Origin: Planctomycetota bacterium | Lineage (GTDB): Bacteria; Planctomycetota; UBA1135; UBA2386 | Direction of reading: 5' to 3' | Length of the DNA: 64,000 bases | Assembly (NCBI GenBank): GCA_965223545.1 | Contig: OZ245006.1 | Span: 2,112,001-2,176,000, forward strand | Shown here: one piece after another, positions 9,676 to 17,833 of the stretch | Layout of the letters: each line of letters begins with the position of its first letter | Position numbering within the stretch: position 1 is the stretch's first letter | Translations under genes and position numbers: made by a program | The notes under the pieces: generated by a model | Databases searched by the model: none | The model's input: the letters and a program-made list of their open reading frames with translations, nothing else | What the model was told of the DNA's origin: nothing

Positions 9676-10370
9676 GACGCGCTCCTCAAGTCGGCGAGAT
9701 CGACCGTGCGCTGCATCTGCGCCGCGCTGTCGGGATCGTGAGTCACCATCAAGACCGTCCGCTGGTCCTCCGCCGCCAGCTGCAGCAAGAGCTGCAGGAC
9801 AGCGCGGCCGGTGTCGCGGTCCTGGTTGCCCAACGGCTCGTCGGCGAGCACCAGCTCGGGCTGATTGACGAGTGCCCGGCACATCGCCACCCGCTGCGCC
9901 TGGCCCAGCGACAACTGGTTCGGCCGGTGGTGTATGCGATCGGCGAGGCCGACGCGCTCGAGCAACGCCTCGCCCCAGCGCCGCGAGTCGGCCCCGGAGC
10001 GGCCGGCGAACACCGCGCCGAGCAGCACGTTCTCGAGCGCCGTGAACGGCATCAGCAGGTTGAGCGTCTGGAACACCATGCCGATGTGGCGGGCGCGAAA
10101 GCGGTCGCGCGCCCCCTCCGACATGCGGGTCACGTCGGTGCCGCACACCGCGACGGTGCCGCGGTCCGGCCGCGCGATGCCGGCGATGCAGTTGAGCAGG
10201 GTGGTCTTGCCGAGTCCGGAGCGACCGATCAACGCAACTTGCTCACCGCGCTCGACTTCGAGCGCCTTCACTTCGCACGCCATGACGCGTTCGCCGCCGC
10301 GGTCGTAGGCCTTCTGCAGATCGTGGATCGCGATCGCGATCCGCTGAACGTCGGTAGAAGAGTCAGTCAT
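9672..10370 (-). CDS. ABC transporter ATP-binding protein (LolD/MacB type)
   Basis: GRSGLGKTT, LSLGQAQR, VLADEP, VTHD; ATGA overlap with eboE. Confidence 0.93.
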   Translation of the reverse strand: MTDSSTDVQRIAIAIHDLQKAYDRGGERVMACEVKALEVERGEQVALIGRSGLGKTTLLNCIAGIARPDRGTVAVCGTDVTRMSEGARDRFRARHIGMVFQTLNLLMPFTALENVLLGAVFAGRSGADSRRWGEALLERVGLADRIHHRPNQLSLGQAQRVAMCRALVNQPELVLADEPLGNQDRDTGRAVLQLLLQLAAEDQRTVLMVTHDPDSAAQMQRTVDLADLRSAS

Positions 10371-11482
10371 GAACAGTCGCGCACGGCTTCGAGTTCGGCA
10401 CACAGGCCGGCAACCAGATCGTCGACGCCGAAATCGCCGCGATCCAGCACGCTCCACGTATACGTCTCGACTTCGAGCAACGGATAGGGCGATTGCAAAC
10501 CGCGCAGCACCCGCTGGAGCTCGGCGCGGGTCGAGCCCAGCGGCCCGTCGCGGTCCCAGAACACCGGCACGTGGAAATGGGTGCGCAGCCGACCGGCGGC
10601 CGCGAACTCCGCGCGGCGCGCGGCGACCTCGCTGAGATCGGCGGCCCGCAGACCGGTGTCGCTCGCCGTCTGGTGCAGGTAGCGCGGCTCGTCGAAGGCC
10701 AAGAGGGCATCCAGCGCGTGCTCCGGGGCGCGCAGCTCGAGGCATGACGACACTTGGATCTTGGGCACTGCGACCCCGCGCGCGGCGAGGCCGGCGAGCG
10801 CCAAGAGCGGCTCCTCACCGACCACGAACGCATGGCAGAGGTCGATGCAGACGCCCAGGTGCCGGCGCAACAAGCTCTCGTCGTCGGCGTGACCGCTGGC
10901 GCGGGCAAACACCCAATCCTCGAGGAACGCCGCGGCCTGCGCCGCAGTCTCCAAGACGCAGTCCGGCTCGGGCTCGAGCGCCAACACGCAGCGCACGCCG
11001 TGCACGTCCTCCAGCTCCGCCAGCCGCGCGGCCGCGCGGCGCAGCTGGGCAGCGGACGCGCGCAGATCGACCGCGCCGTGACCGAGGGGGAGACTCGAGA
11101 TCGGCACCGATTCGCCGGCTGCCACCAGCGCACACGCCGCTTCGGCGACGTCCAGCGTGTAGCGCAGCCGGCGCGGGTCGGCCCAATCGGGCGCGTACAC
11201 CGCGTACTTGACGCGCTCGGTGTGGAAGTCGCCGTAGGGAAACGCGTTCGCCGTCCACACCGCGAGCCCGTGCGCGGCCAACTCGGCGCGCACCTGCTCC
11301 TGGCGCGCGACGTCGGCGAGCAGCTCGGCGGCACAGCGCGCGTTCCACCAGACGCCGAGACCGAACGGCGCGGGCTGCTGCGCCGCCACCGGCGCCGCGT
11401 GCGACGCCAACACCGCGAGCCACGCGTCCAGATCCTCCGTCGGGTGGACGTTGCCGCAGTAGGTGATCTTTCGGTCCTGCAT
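10367..11482 (-). CDS. eboE: EboE-family TIM-barrel protein
   Basis: TYCGNVHP, NAFPYGDFH..RVK..VYAPDW, LEPEP, DLCH, EPRYLHQ, RTHFHVP, EVETYTW. Confidence 0.88.
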   Translation of the reverse strand: MQDRKITYCGNVHPTEDLDAWLAVLASHAAPVAAQQPAPFGLGVWWNARCAAELLADVARQEQVRAELAAHGLAVWTANAFPYGDFHTERVKYAVYAPDWADPRRLRYTLDVAEAACALVAAGESVPISSLPLGHGAVDLRASAAQLRRAAARLAELEDVHGVRCVLALEPEPDCVLETAAQAAAFLEDWVFARASGHADDESLLRRHLGVCIDLCHAFVVGEEPLLALAGLAARGVAVPKIQVSSCLELRAPEHALDALLAFDEPRYLHQTASDTGLRAADLSEVAARRAEFAAAGRLRTHFHVPVFWDRDGPLGSTRAELQRVLRGLQSPYPLLEVETYTWSVLDRGDFGVDDLVAGLCAELEAVRDCS

Positions 11483-11601
11483 GACGAAGCGCAGCGACGG
11501 CGGACCATACGCGACCCCTGCGATCAACGCCCGAGCACCGGCAAAAAGCCGGTTTCTTCAACAGCCCCGCTGGCGATGGACGATAGAACGAAACAGACGA
11601 C

Positions 11602-12501
11602 ATGAGCGCGACCCCCCCCGACGACGCGAGCACGCGCCAGGCGCAGCGCGCGGCGCGTATCGAGGCCATCCTCGCTTCGCCCTCCTACCGGCAGGCACAC
11701 ACCGACCAGCTGTTTCTGTCGCGCGAAGAGCTGCGCCCGGTCCGCATCCAGCTCGAGCTGCTCAAACCCGAGCTGATTCTGCAGGATCAAGGCGTGCACT
11801 CCACGATCGTGGTGTTCGGCGGCACCCGCGTCATCGAGCGCCCCCAGGCCGAGGCCCGGTTGGCGGCGGCGGAGGCGGCGCTGGCCGCCGCGCCGGACGA
11901 TCCGGCGCGGCAGCGCGACGTGCGCATCGCCAACAACCTCATCAAGAAGGCGCACTACTACGACGAGGCGCGCGAGCTCGGCCGCCTGGTCAGCTCGAGC
12001 TGCCAGGTCGACGGCCAGTGCGACTACGTGGTCGTCACCGGCGGCGGACCGGGGATCATGGAGGCGGCCAACCGCGGCGCCCACGACGTCGGCGCCAAGA
12101 GCATGGGTCTCAACATCACGATCCCGTTCGAGCAGGAGCCCAACTCGTACATCGCGCCGGAGCTGTGCTTCGAGTTCAAGTACTTCGCCATTCGCAAGAT
12201 GCACTTCCTGATGCGGGCGAAGGCGATGATCGCGTTCCCGGGCGGCTTCGGCACCATGGACGAGCTGTTCGAGACGCTGACGCTGATGCAGACCCAGCGC
12301 ATGGACCGCATTCCGGTGATCCTGTTCGGCCGCGACTACTGGAACAAGCTCGTCAACTGGGACGCGTTCGTCGAGGAGGGCACCATTTCGCCCGACGACC
12401 TCGACATGATCAGCTACGCGGAGTCCGCCCAAGAGGTCTGGCAGATGATCAGCGAGTTCTACGCCGAGCACCCGGCGCCGAAGCTCCCGCGCGGTCAGTA
12501 G
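11602..12501 (+). CDS. LOG family (TIGR00730-like) nucleotide phosphoribohydrolase
   Basis: TGGGPGIMEAANRGA, FAIRKMHF, PGGFGTMDE. Confidence 0.92.
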   Translation: MSATPPDDASTRQAQRAARIEAILASPSYRQAHTDQLFLSREELRPVRIQLELLKPELILQDQGVHSTIVVFGGTRVIERPQAEARLAAAEAALAAAPDDPARQRDVRIANNLIKKAHYYDEARELGRLVSSSCQVDGQCDYVVVTGGGPGIMEAANRGAHDVGAKSMGLNITIPFEQEPNSYIAPELCFEFKYFAIRKMHFLMRAKAMIAFPGGFGTMDELFETLTLMQTQRMDRIPVILFGRDYWNKLVNWDAFVEEGTISPDDLDMISYAESAQEVWQMISEFYAEHPAPKLPRGQ

Positions 12502-12666
12502 CACCGCCGCCGAGCCATGTGGCGACGTCCGTCAAATCAGCGTTCCGGATCGAGGGTGCCGCCGGTGCCACGGCGCCGTTGGCGCGGCGGTCCCGCCCGA
12601 ACCAGCGATCGCGCCGTCGCAACTCCGACCAGCCGGACATTGCCAAAGGCAGCGCAGAGGACAGAA

Positions 12667-12741
12667 TGGAGCGGGTGATGAGATTTGAACTCACGACCCT
12701 CACGTTGGCAACGTGATGCTCTACCACTGAGCTACACCCGC
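12667..12741 (-). tRNA. tRNA-Gly(GCC)
   Basis: GCGGGTGTAGCTCAGTGGTAGAGC...TCACG-TTGCCAA-CGTGA...GTTCAAATC...CACCCGCTCCA; 75 nt, encoded CCA. Confidence 0.98.
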
Positions 12742-12880
12742 TCGCCGGTGTCCGCCGGTCGGAGGCCGGCGGCGTGAGGCGGGTCATCGAAGCGAGTCCC
12801 CGATGGAAGTCAAGAGCCGATTCCCGGAACACCGTTCGCCGAACGACCACGACCGGCTGGCGCCGCCGACCCCGTCGCCC

Positions 12881-14683
12881 GTGACGTATCCGCAGACGTT
12901 CGGCCAGCTGCTCGAGCGCAGCGCCGAGCGCTTTGGCGACCGCACGTTCCTGCCCCGCCAGCATGCCCGGGGCGGCGAGCCGGTCAGCTTCCGCGCCCTG
13001 CGGGACGAGGTCCGCACCCTGGCCGCGGGACTGGCATCGCTGGGGATCTCGCACGGCGATCGGGTCGCCCTGATCTCGGAGAACCGCGCGGCGTGGCTCG
13101 CCGCCGACCTGGCGATCGCGTCCCTCGGCGCGGTCGACGTACCGCGCGGGGTCGACACGGCCCCCGCGGAGCTCGCCTTCATCCTGCGCCACTCGGCGGC
13201 GCGGCTCGCGTTGGTGGAGAACGATGCGGTCGCCGGCGAGCTGGCCCGACTCCGCGCCGAGTTGCCGGCGCTCGAGGGGATCGGCTCGCTGCAGGAGCAG
13301 ACCGAGGTCGAGGGTGTCGACTCGTTGGCCGCGTTGCGGCGCCGCGGCGAGCGGTGGCTGGCCGACCACCGCGGCGAGCTCGAGGCGCGCGCCTCGGCAG
13401 TCAGCGGCGACGACCTGCTCACCATCGTCTACACGAGCGGGACCACCGCCGAACCCAAGGGCGTGATGCTCACCCACGGCAACGTGCTGAGCAACGTGCG
13501 CACCGTCAACATGGTGCTCGACCTCGGTGCCAGCGACCGGTTCTTGTCTGCCCTGCCCCCGTGGCACATGTACGAGCGGATGATGGACTACGTCGCCCTC
13601 GCGGTCGGCGCCGAGCTCGTCTACACCGATCGCCGCCGCATCAAGGAAGACCTCGGCGCGATGCGGCCCACGCTGTTCGCCGCGGTGCCGCGGATCTGGG
13701 AGACCATCTATGACGGCATCGTCGGCCACACCAACAAGCTGCCGCCGGCCAAACGCAAGATGATGCTCGGCGTGCTGCAGCTGTGCCAGCGCGTCGGCGG
13801 ACGCCGGGCGAACTGGCGGGACCGCGCCACGCACCGCCTGCTGCGAGCGACCCTGCTACCCAAGTTCCAACGGATCACCGGCGGCCGTCTGCGCCTGGCA
13901 GTGTCCGGCGGTGGCGCCCTACCCTCGCACGTCGACGAGACCCTGCTCGGCCTCGGCATCCCGATCTGCAACGGCTACGGCCTGACCGAGACCAGCCCGG
14001 TGATTTCGGTGCGCACCCCGGAGACCAACCGCGGCGGCACCATCGGCCACCCGCTGCCGGAGACGAGGGTTGAAATCCGCGGCGCCGACGGCGCCGCGCT
14101 CCCTCCCGGCGACAGCGGCGTCATCTGGGTGCGCGGACCCTGCGTCATGCGCGGCTACTACCAAAACCCGGAGCGCACCGCCGACGCGCTGCGTGACGGC
14201 TGGTTCAACACCGGCGACCTCGGCCACATCGAGCCCGACGGCCAGCTTTGCATCACCGGTCGCGCCAAGGACACGATCGTTCTGGCCAGCGGCGAGAACG
14301 TGGAGCCCGAGCCGGTGGAGGGTGCGATCGTCAAGTCGCGGTGGATCCAGCAGGCGGTGGTCGTCGGGCAGGACCGGAAGTCGCTCGGCGCGCTGCTGGT
14401 GCTGGCGGACGCAGCCGAAGAAGCGGTGCCGCGCAGCGAGTGGCAAGTCGAGGGCGACTTGGTGCAGGCGGCAAGGCTGCACCAGCTGCTGCGGCCCGAG
14501 CTCGATCGTCTGCTCGACCGCGCCAACGGCTTTCGGCCCAGTGAACGAGTCTCCGCGTTCGCCATCCTGCATCAACCGATGAGCCCGGAGAACGGACTCG
14601 CGACGCAGACCCTGAAAATCAAGCGCCACGTCGTGGCCGAGCGGTTCGCCGACGTGATTGCCGCGCTGTTCGAGCGGTCGTGA
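12881..14683 (+). CDS. Long-chain fatty acid--CoA ligase (AMP-binding); start uncertain (12803 or 12881)
   Basis: YTSGTTAEPKG, GYGLTETSP, TGDLG, GRAKD, TLKIKR. Confidence 0.92.
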   Translation: MTYPQTFGQLLERSAERFGDRTFLPRQHARGGEPVSFRALRDEVRTLAAGLASLGISHGDRVALISENRAAWLAADLAIASLGAVDVPRGVDTAPAELAFILRHSAARLALVENDAVAGELARLRAELPALEGIGSLQEQTEVEGVDSLAALRRRGERWLADHRGELEARASAVSGDDLLTIVYTSGTTAEPKGVMLTHGNVLSNVRTVNMVLDLGASDRFLSALPPWHMYERMMDYVALAVGAELVYTDRRRIKEDLGAMRPTLFAAVPRIWETIYDGIVGHTNKLPPAKRKMMLGVLQLCQRVGGRRANWRDRATHRLLRATLLPKFQRITGGRLRLAVSGGGALPSHVDETLLGLGIPICNGYGLTETSPVISVRTPETNRGGTIGHPLPETRVEIRGADGAALPPGDSGVIWVRGPCVMRGYYQNPERTADALRDGWFNTGDLGHIEPDGQLCITGRAKDTIVLASGENVEPEPVEGAIVKSRWIQQAVVVGQDRKSLGALLVLADAAEEAVPRSEWQVEGDLVQAARLHQLLRPELDRLLDRANGFRPSERVSAFAILHQPMSPENGLATQTLKIKRHVVAERFADVIAALFERS

Positions 14684-15597
14684 GCACACCGGCCAAGACC
14701 GCGGCACCGGTGCCGGTCGACTTCTTCTGCGTCGGCGGTGACAAGTGCGGCTCGACCTGGCTGAGCGAGATGCTGCGCCAGCATCCGCAGCTCAACGTCG
14801 CCGACAACAAAGAGCCACACTTCTTCACCGACAAGTGGAACTGGCACCGCGGCTGGGACTGGTACGGCCGCAACTGGAGCCGCGAGGGAGGGGTTCGGGG
14901 CGAGTTCTCGACCAGCTACATCCACTGTCGCTTCGCGCTCGAACGGATCGCCGCCCACTATCCAAACGCCAAGATCATCGTCCTCTTGCGGCATCCGCTG
15001 CAGCGCTCGATCTCCCAGCTCAAGCACTTGCTGCGCTCGCCCGAGAACCGCGCGTTGGCCCGCGGCGGAACCGCCGAGGAGTACGCGGAGTTCTTGGTCA
15101 AGCACCGCATGGTGATCCGCTGCAGTAAGTTCTCCTTCTGGTTCGACGTCATGGCGGAGCGGATCCCGCCCGAACGGGTCAAGGTCTTCTACTTCGAGCA
15201 GATTCGCGACGAGCCGGAACGCGTCATCGCGGAGGCATTCGCGCTGCTTGGCGTCGATGCGGAGTTCCGACCCACCCAACCGGATGCCGTGCGCAACCGC
15301 GGGTTCGTGCCGAAGAGCTATTGGCTCGAGGCCGTGCGCGAGCGCACCTTCAGGTTCTTGGAGAAGTACGAGCTGTACGGCGCGATCCACTGGGTCAAGC
15401 GCTCCGGCTTGCCCGGCCTGCTGCGCCGCGCCAACTCCGGCACCACCGACGAGAGCAACATGCGGCAAGCGCTGCTGGCGTCCGTGCCCGAATTCATCGA
15501 TGATCTAGAGCGGCTCCGCGACAACCCGCTGATCCCGGATTCGCGCTACTTGGATCAGTGGGCCCGGGAATTGCGCGAAACCGCTGCTCGACAATGA
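14680..15597 (+). CDS. Sulfotransferase
   Basis: VGGDKCGSTWL, KEPHFF, LRHPLQRSIS; GTGA overlap with the ligase. Confidence 0.88.
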   Translation: MSTPAKTAAPVPVDFFCVGGDKCGSTWLSEMLRQHPQLNVADNKEPHFFTDKWNWHRGWDWYGRNWSREGGVRGEFSTSYIHCRFALERIAAHYPNAKIIVLLRHPLQRSISQLKHLLRSPENRALARGGTAEEYAEFLVKHRMVIRCSKFSFWFDVMAERIPPERVKVFYFEQIRDEPERVIAEAFALLGVDAEFRPTQPDAVRNRGFVPKSYWLEAVRERTFRFLEKYELYGAIHWVKRSGLPGLLRRANSGTTDESNMRQALLASVPEFIDDLERLRDNPLIPDSRYLDQWARELRETAARQ

Positions 15598-16001
15598 TGC
15601 GCTTCTTGCACTGGCTGCGCTCGCTCTTCGCCGTCCCACCGAGCCCGTCCGCGGACGACTACCAGGACTGCTCCAACTGCACCCACACCTATCCGCGCAG
15701 CCGCGCCGACTGCCCGGTCTGCGGCGCCGGCGCCGACGGCAATGGCGCGGTGCTGGCAATGGACGAGGCGGTGCGCGCCGCGGCACAGCAGTGCGGCGGG
15801 GTCGTCGACGGCCAGCTCGAGTCGGCGACACTGCCGCTGCTGGTCTGCGAGCGCGGGGTCGTCGCGATTCGCGGTGGCGCCCTCGCCTGGTCGTGGTCGG
15901 GAGAGCGCGTGTTCGACGTCGAGCAGCGCGACGAGCGCGTCTGGGTCACGACCGACCAGGGCGACGTCTGTCTGCACCAAGCGGACGGCCGCGTCGCGTG
16001 A
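15594..16001 (+). CDS. Hypothetical protein with zinc-ribbon motif
   Basis: CSNC-x9-CPVCG; ATGA overlap with the sulfotransferase. Confidence 0.65.
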   Translation: MMRFLHWLRSLFAVPPSPSADDYQDCSNCTHTYPRSRADCPVCGAGADGNGAVLAMDEAVRAAAQQCGGVVDGQLESATLPLLVCERGVVAIRGGALAWSWSGERVFDVEQRDERVWVTTDQGDVCLHQADGRVA

Positions 16002-16011
16002 CGGCGGTGGT

Positions 16012-16884
16012 CTATCGCCCGCTCGGCTGCGCGGCTCCGCGCGGACTGCCGGGCGGCCGCGCGACGCGGCGCTGGCGCGGTTCGTAGTAGCTCAGCAGAG
16101 CCTGCTGTGCCTGGATCTCCTCCGCCGGCAAGTCGAGCGCGCGCATGACGTCGATCAGGATCCGCCGCGCGCCCAGATTGGACGGGCGGATCTCGAGGCT
16201 GGCGTGCAGTGCGTGCGCCGCGTCCTCGCGGCGGCCCTGGAGCAGGAGCAGCCGCCCCAGACTCTCGAGCACGGTGGGGTCGTGCGGCCGCAGCTCCGCG
16301 GCTTGCCGGTAGGCCTCCTCCGCCGTCGCAAAGTCGCGCTGGCGCAGGGCGACATCCGCCACCAACAGCGCGGTCTCCCCGTCGCGTGGCTGCATCTCGC
16401 GCGCGCGCGACGCCAGCTCAGCGGCCCGGTCGAGCTCGCGGCAAGCCAGGCTGAGGCGCGCGGCGCGCCGCAGGGTGCGCGCGTCGGTCGCGTGCTCGAC
16501 GATGCGATCGACGTAGCCGGAGCAGACCTTGCGGTCGGTCGGCGCGGTCAGCTCGGCGGCGATCCACAGCGCCTGCAGTCTTTCGGGTTCGATCTCGAGG
16601 GCACGGCGCACCGCGGCCAGCGCTTCCTCGTTTTCATCCTGCAGCTGCAGGCACAACGCGAGCTGGGTCCACATCACTGCCGACCCCGGCTGCACCTCGA
16701 CCAACGTGCGCAGCATGCCCTCGGCCTGCGCGTACTGCTTGGTCTCCAACAGCCGGAGCGCGAAACGGAGATCCGCGTAGGCTCCGCGAAACTCCTGCCG
16801 GCCGTTGGCCGGTGCTTGCGCCGACGGCGCGGCAGCCAGCAACGCCAGCGCCACGCCAAAACCACCGATCCACGCCTTCATCAC
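16012..16884 (-). CDS. Secreted tetratricopeptide-repeat protein
   Basis: Signal peptide; repeated A...ALEIxP TPR units; GGAGG RBS upstream. Confidence 0.85.
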   Translation of the reverse strand: MMKAWIGGFGVALALLAAAPSAQAPANGRQEFRGAYADLRFALRLLETKQYAQAEGMLRTLVEVQPGSAVMWTQLALCLQLQDENEEALAAVRRALEIEPERLQALWIAAELTAPTDRKVCSGYVDRIVEHATDARTLRRAARLSLACRELDRAAELASRAREMQPRDGETALLVADVALRQRDFATAEEAYRQAAELRPHDPTVLESLGRLLLLQGRREDAAHALHASLEIRPSNLGARRILIDVMRALDLPAEEIQAQQALLSYYEPRQRRVARPPGSPRGAAQPSGR

Positions 16885-16911
16885 TTCCTCCCCTTCGCCT
16901 GTTCCTCGCGT

Positions 16912-17439
16912 CTACGGATCCTTGATGGTCAGCGACGGCTCCGCCGCGCGGATGCTGTACATGACCCGCCGGTTCTGCGCGAAGATGTCGATGCGCAGGA
17001 TGTCCGACCGCCCCTCGCGACCACCGCTGACGACGCCGTTGCCGTCCAAGTCTTGCGTCACCTTGATGCGCCAGGTGGTCAGGTCGCCGTGCGTGCGGAT
17101 CTGAAAGCTGTACCCGGCCGCGGTCGGGCCGACGAGCATGCCATACAGGGAACCCGTGCCGAGATCGTAGTCGTCGTCCAGCAACTCGGTCAGTTCGGCG
17201 TTGGTCGCCGTCGGGTCGGCGGGCGTGCCGAACGGGATCTCACGCAACCGGTTGAGGTAGTCCGCAGCCAGCTTGCTGACGTGGTGCTTGCGCTGCACGG
17301 TCGCGCGCGAGCGCACCGACATCGTCACACTGCCGTAGAGCACCAACATCACGACCGTCGAAGCGATCATCGCGATCGACAGCTCGATCAACGTGAAGCC
17401 GCGCTCGCCCTGCCGCGCGCGACCGCCTGGGGCGCGCAT
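16912..17439 (-). CDS. Type IV pilin / pseudopilin-like protein
   Basis: Class III signal ERG-FTLIELSIAM; DLDGNG Ca-loop-like motif. Confidence 0.85.
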   Translation of the reverse strand: MRAPGGRARQGERGFTLIELSIAMIASTVVMLVLYGSVTMSVRSRATVQRKHHVSKLAADYLNRLREIPFGTPADPTATNAELTELLDDDYDLGTGSLYGMLVGPTAAGYSFQIRTHGDLTTWRIKVTQDLDGNGVVSGGREGRSDILRIDIFAQNRRVMYSIRAAEPSLTIKDP

Positions 17440-17444
17440 CGACC

Positions 17445-17789
17445 TCAGCGCACTCGGTACGCAATCTCGAGGTTTTGCCATCGATCTCTCGCCTCCTCCG
17501 CTCGTTTGACTTTCTCCGGGTCGGTGGCCGCCTCACCAGTCGGCGCTGCCGATGTACCGCTGACCTCTGGCGGCGGCCCGGGCGGGCCCTGCAGGACCGG
17601 CCCCGGTGCCGACCAGCTCGCGCCGACCAGCACGAACTCGCCCGGCGGCACATCGACCTCGGCCGCCCGGCTCGAGGGCGTTTCCGCCGGTGGCTCCGGC
17701 GGGGCCGGAGCACACAGCGTCTCCAAGAGATCCGCCAGCAACAGCCCCGCGCCGATGCCGAACCCGACTCGAACCGCGATGTAGCGCAT
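17445..17789 (-). CDS. Hypothetical Pro-rich protein with N-terminal hydrophobic segment
   Basis: Fills the gap between the PilX-like and pilin genes on the same strand; GGAGAGG upstream. Confidence 0.5.
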   Translation of the reverse strand: MRYIAVRVGFGIGAGLLLADLLETLCAPAPPEPPAETPSSRAAEVDVPPGEFVLVGASWSAPGPVLQGPPGPPPEVSGTSAAPTGEAATDPEKVKRAEEARDRWQNLEIAYRVR

Positions 17790-17833
17790 TCCCTCTCCCC
17801 CGATCTCCCGTGGTGTTCCTCAGGCCGCGACCG

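Noticed and set aside
12667..12741. tRNA-Gly as an integration site
   Set aside because: No integrase and no duplicated tRNA 3' end noticed in the window
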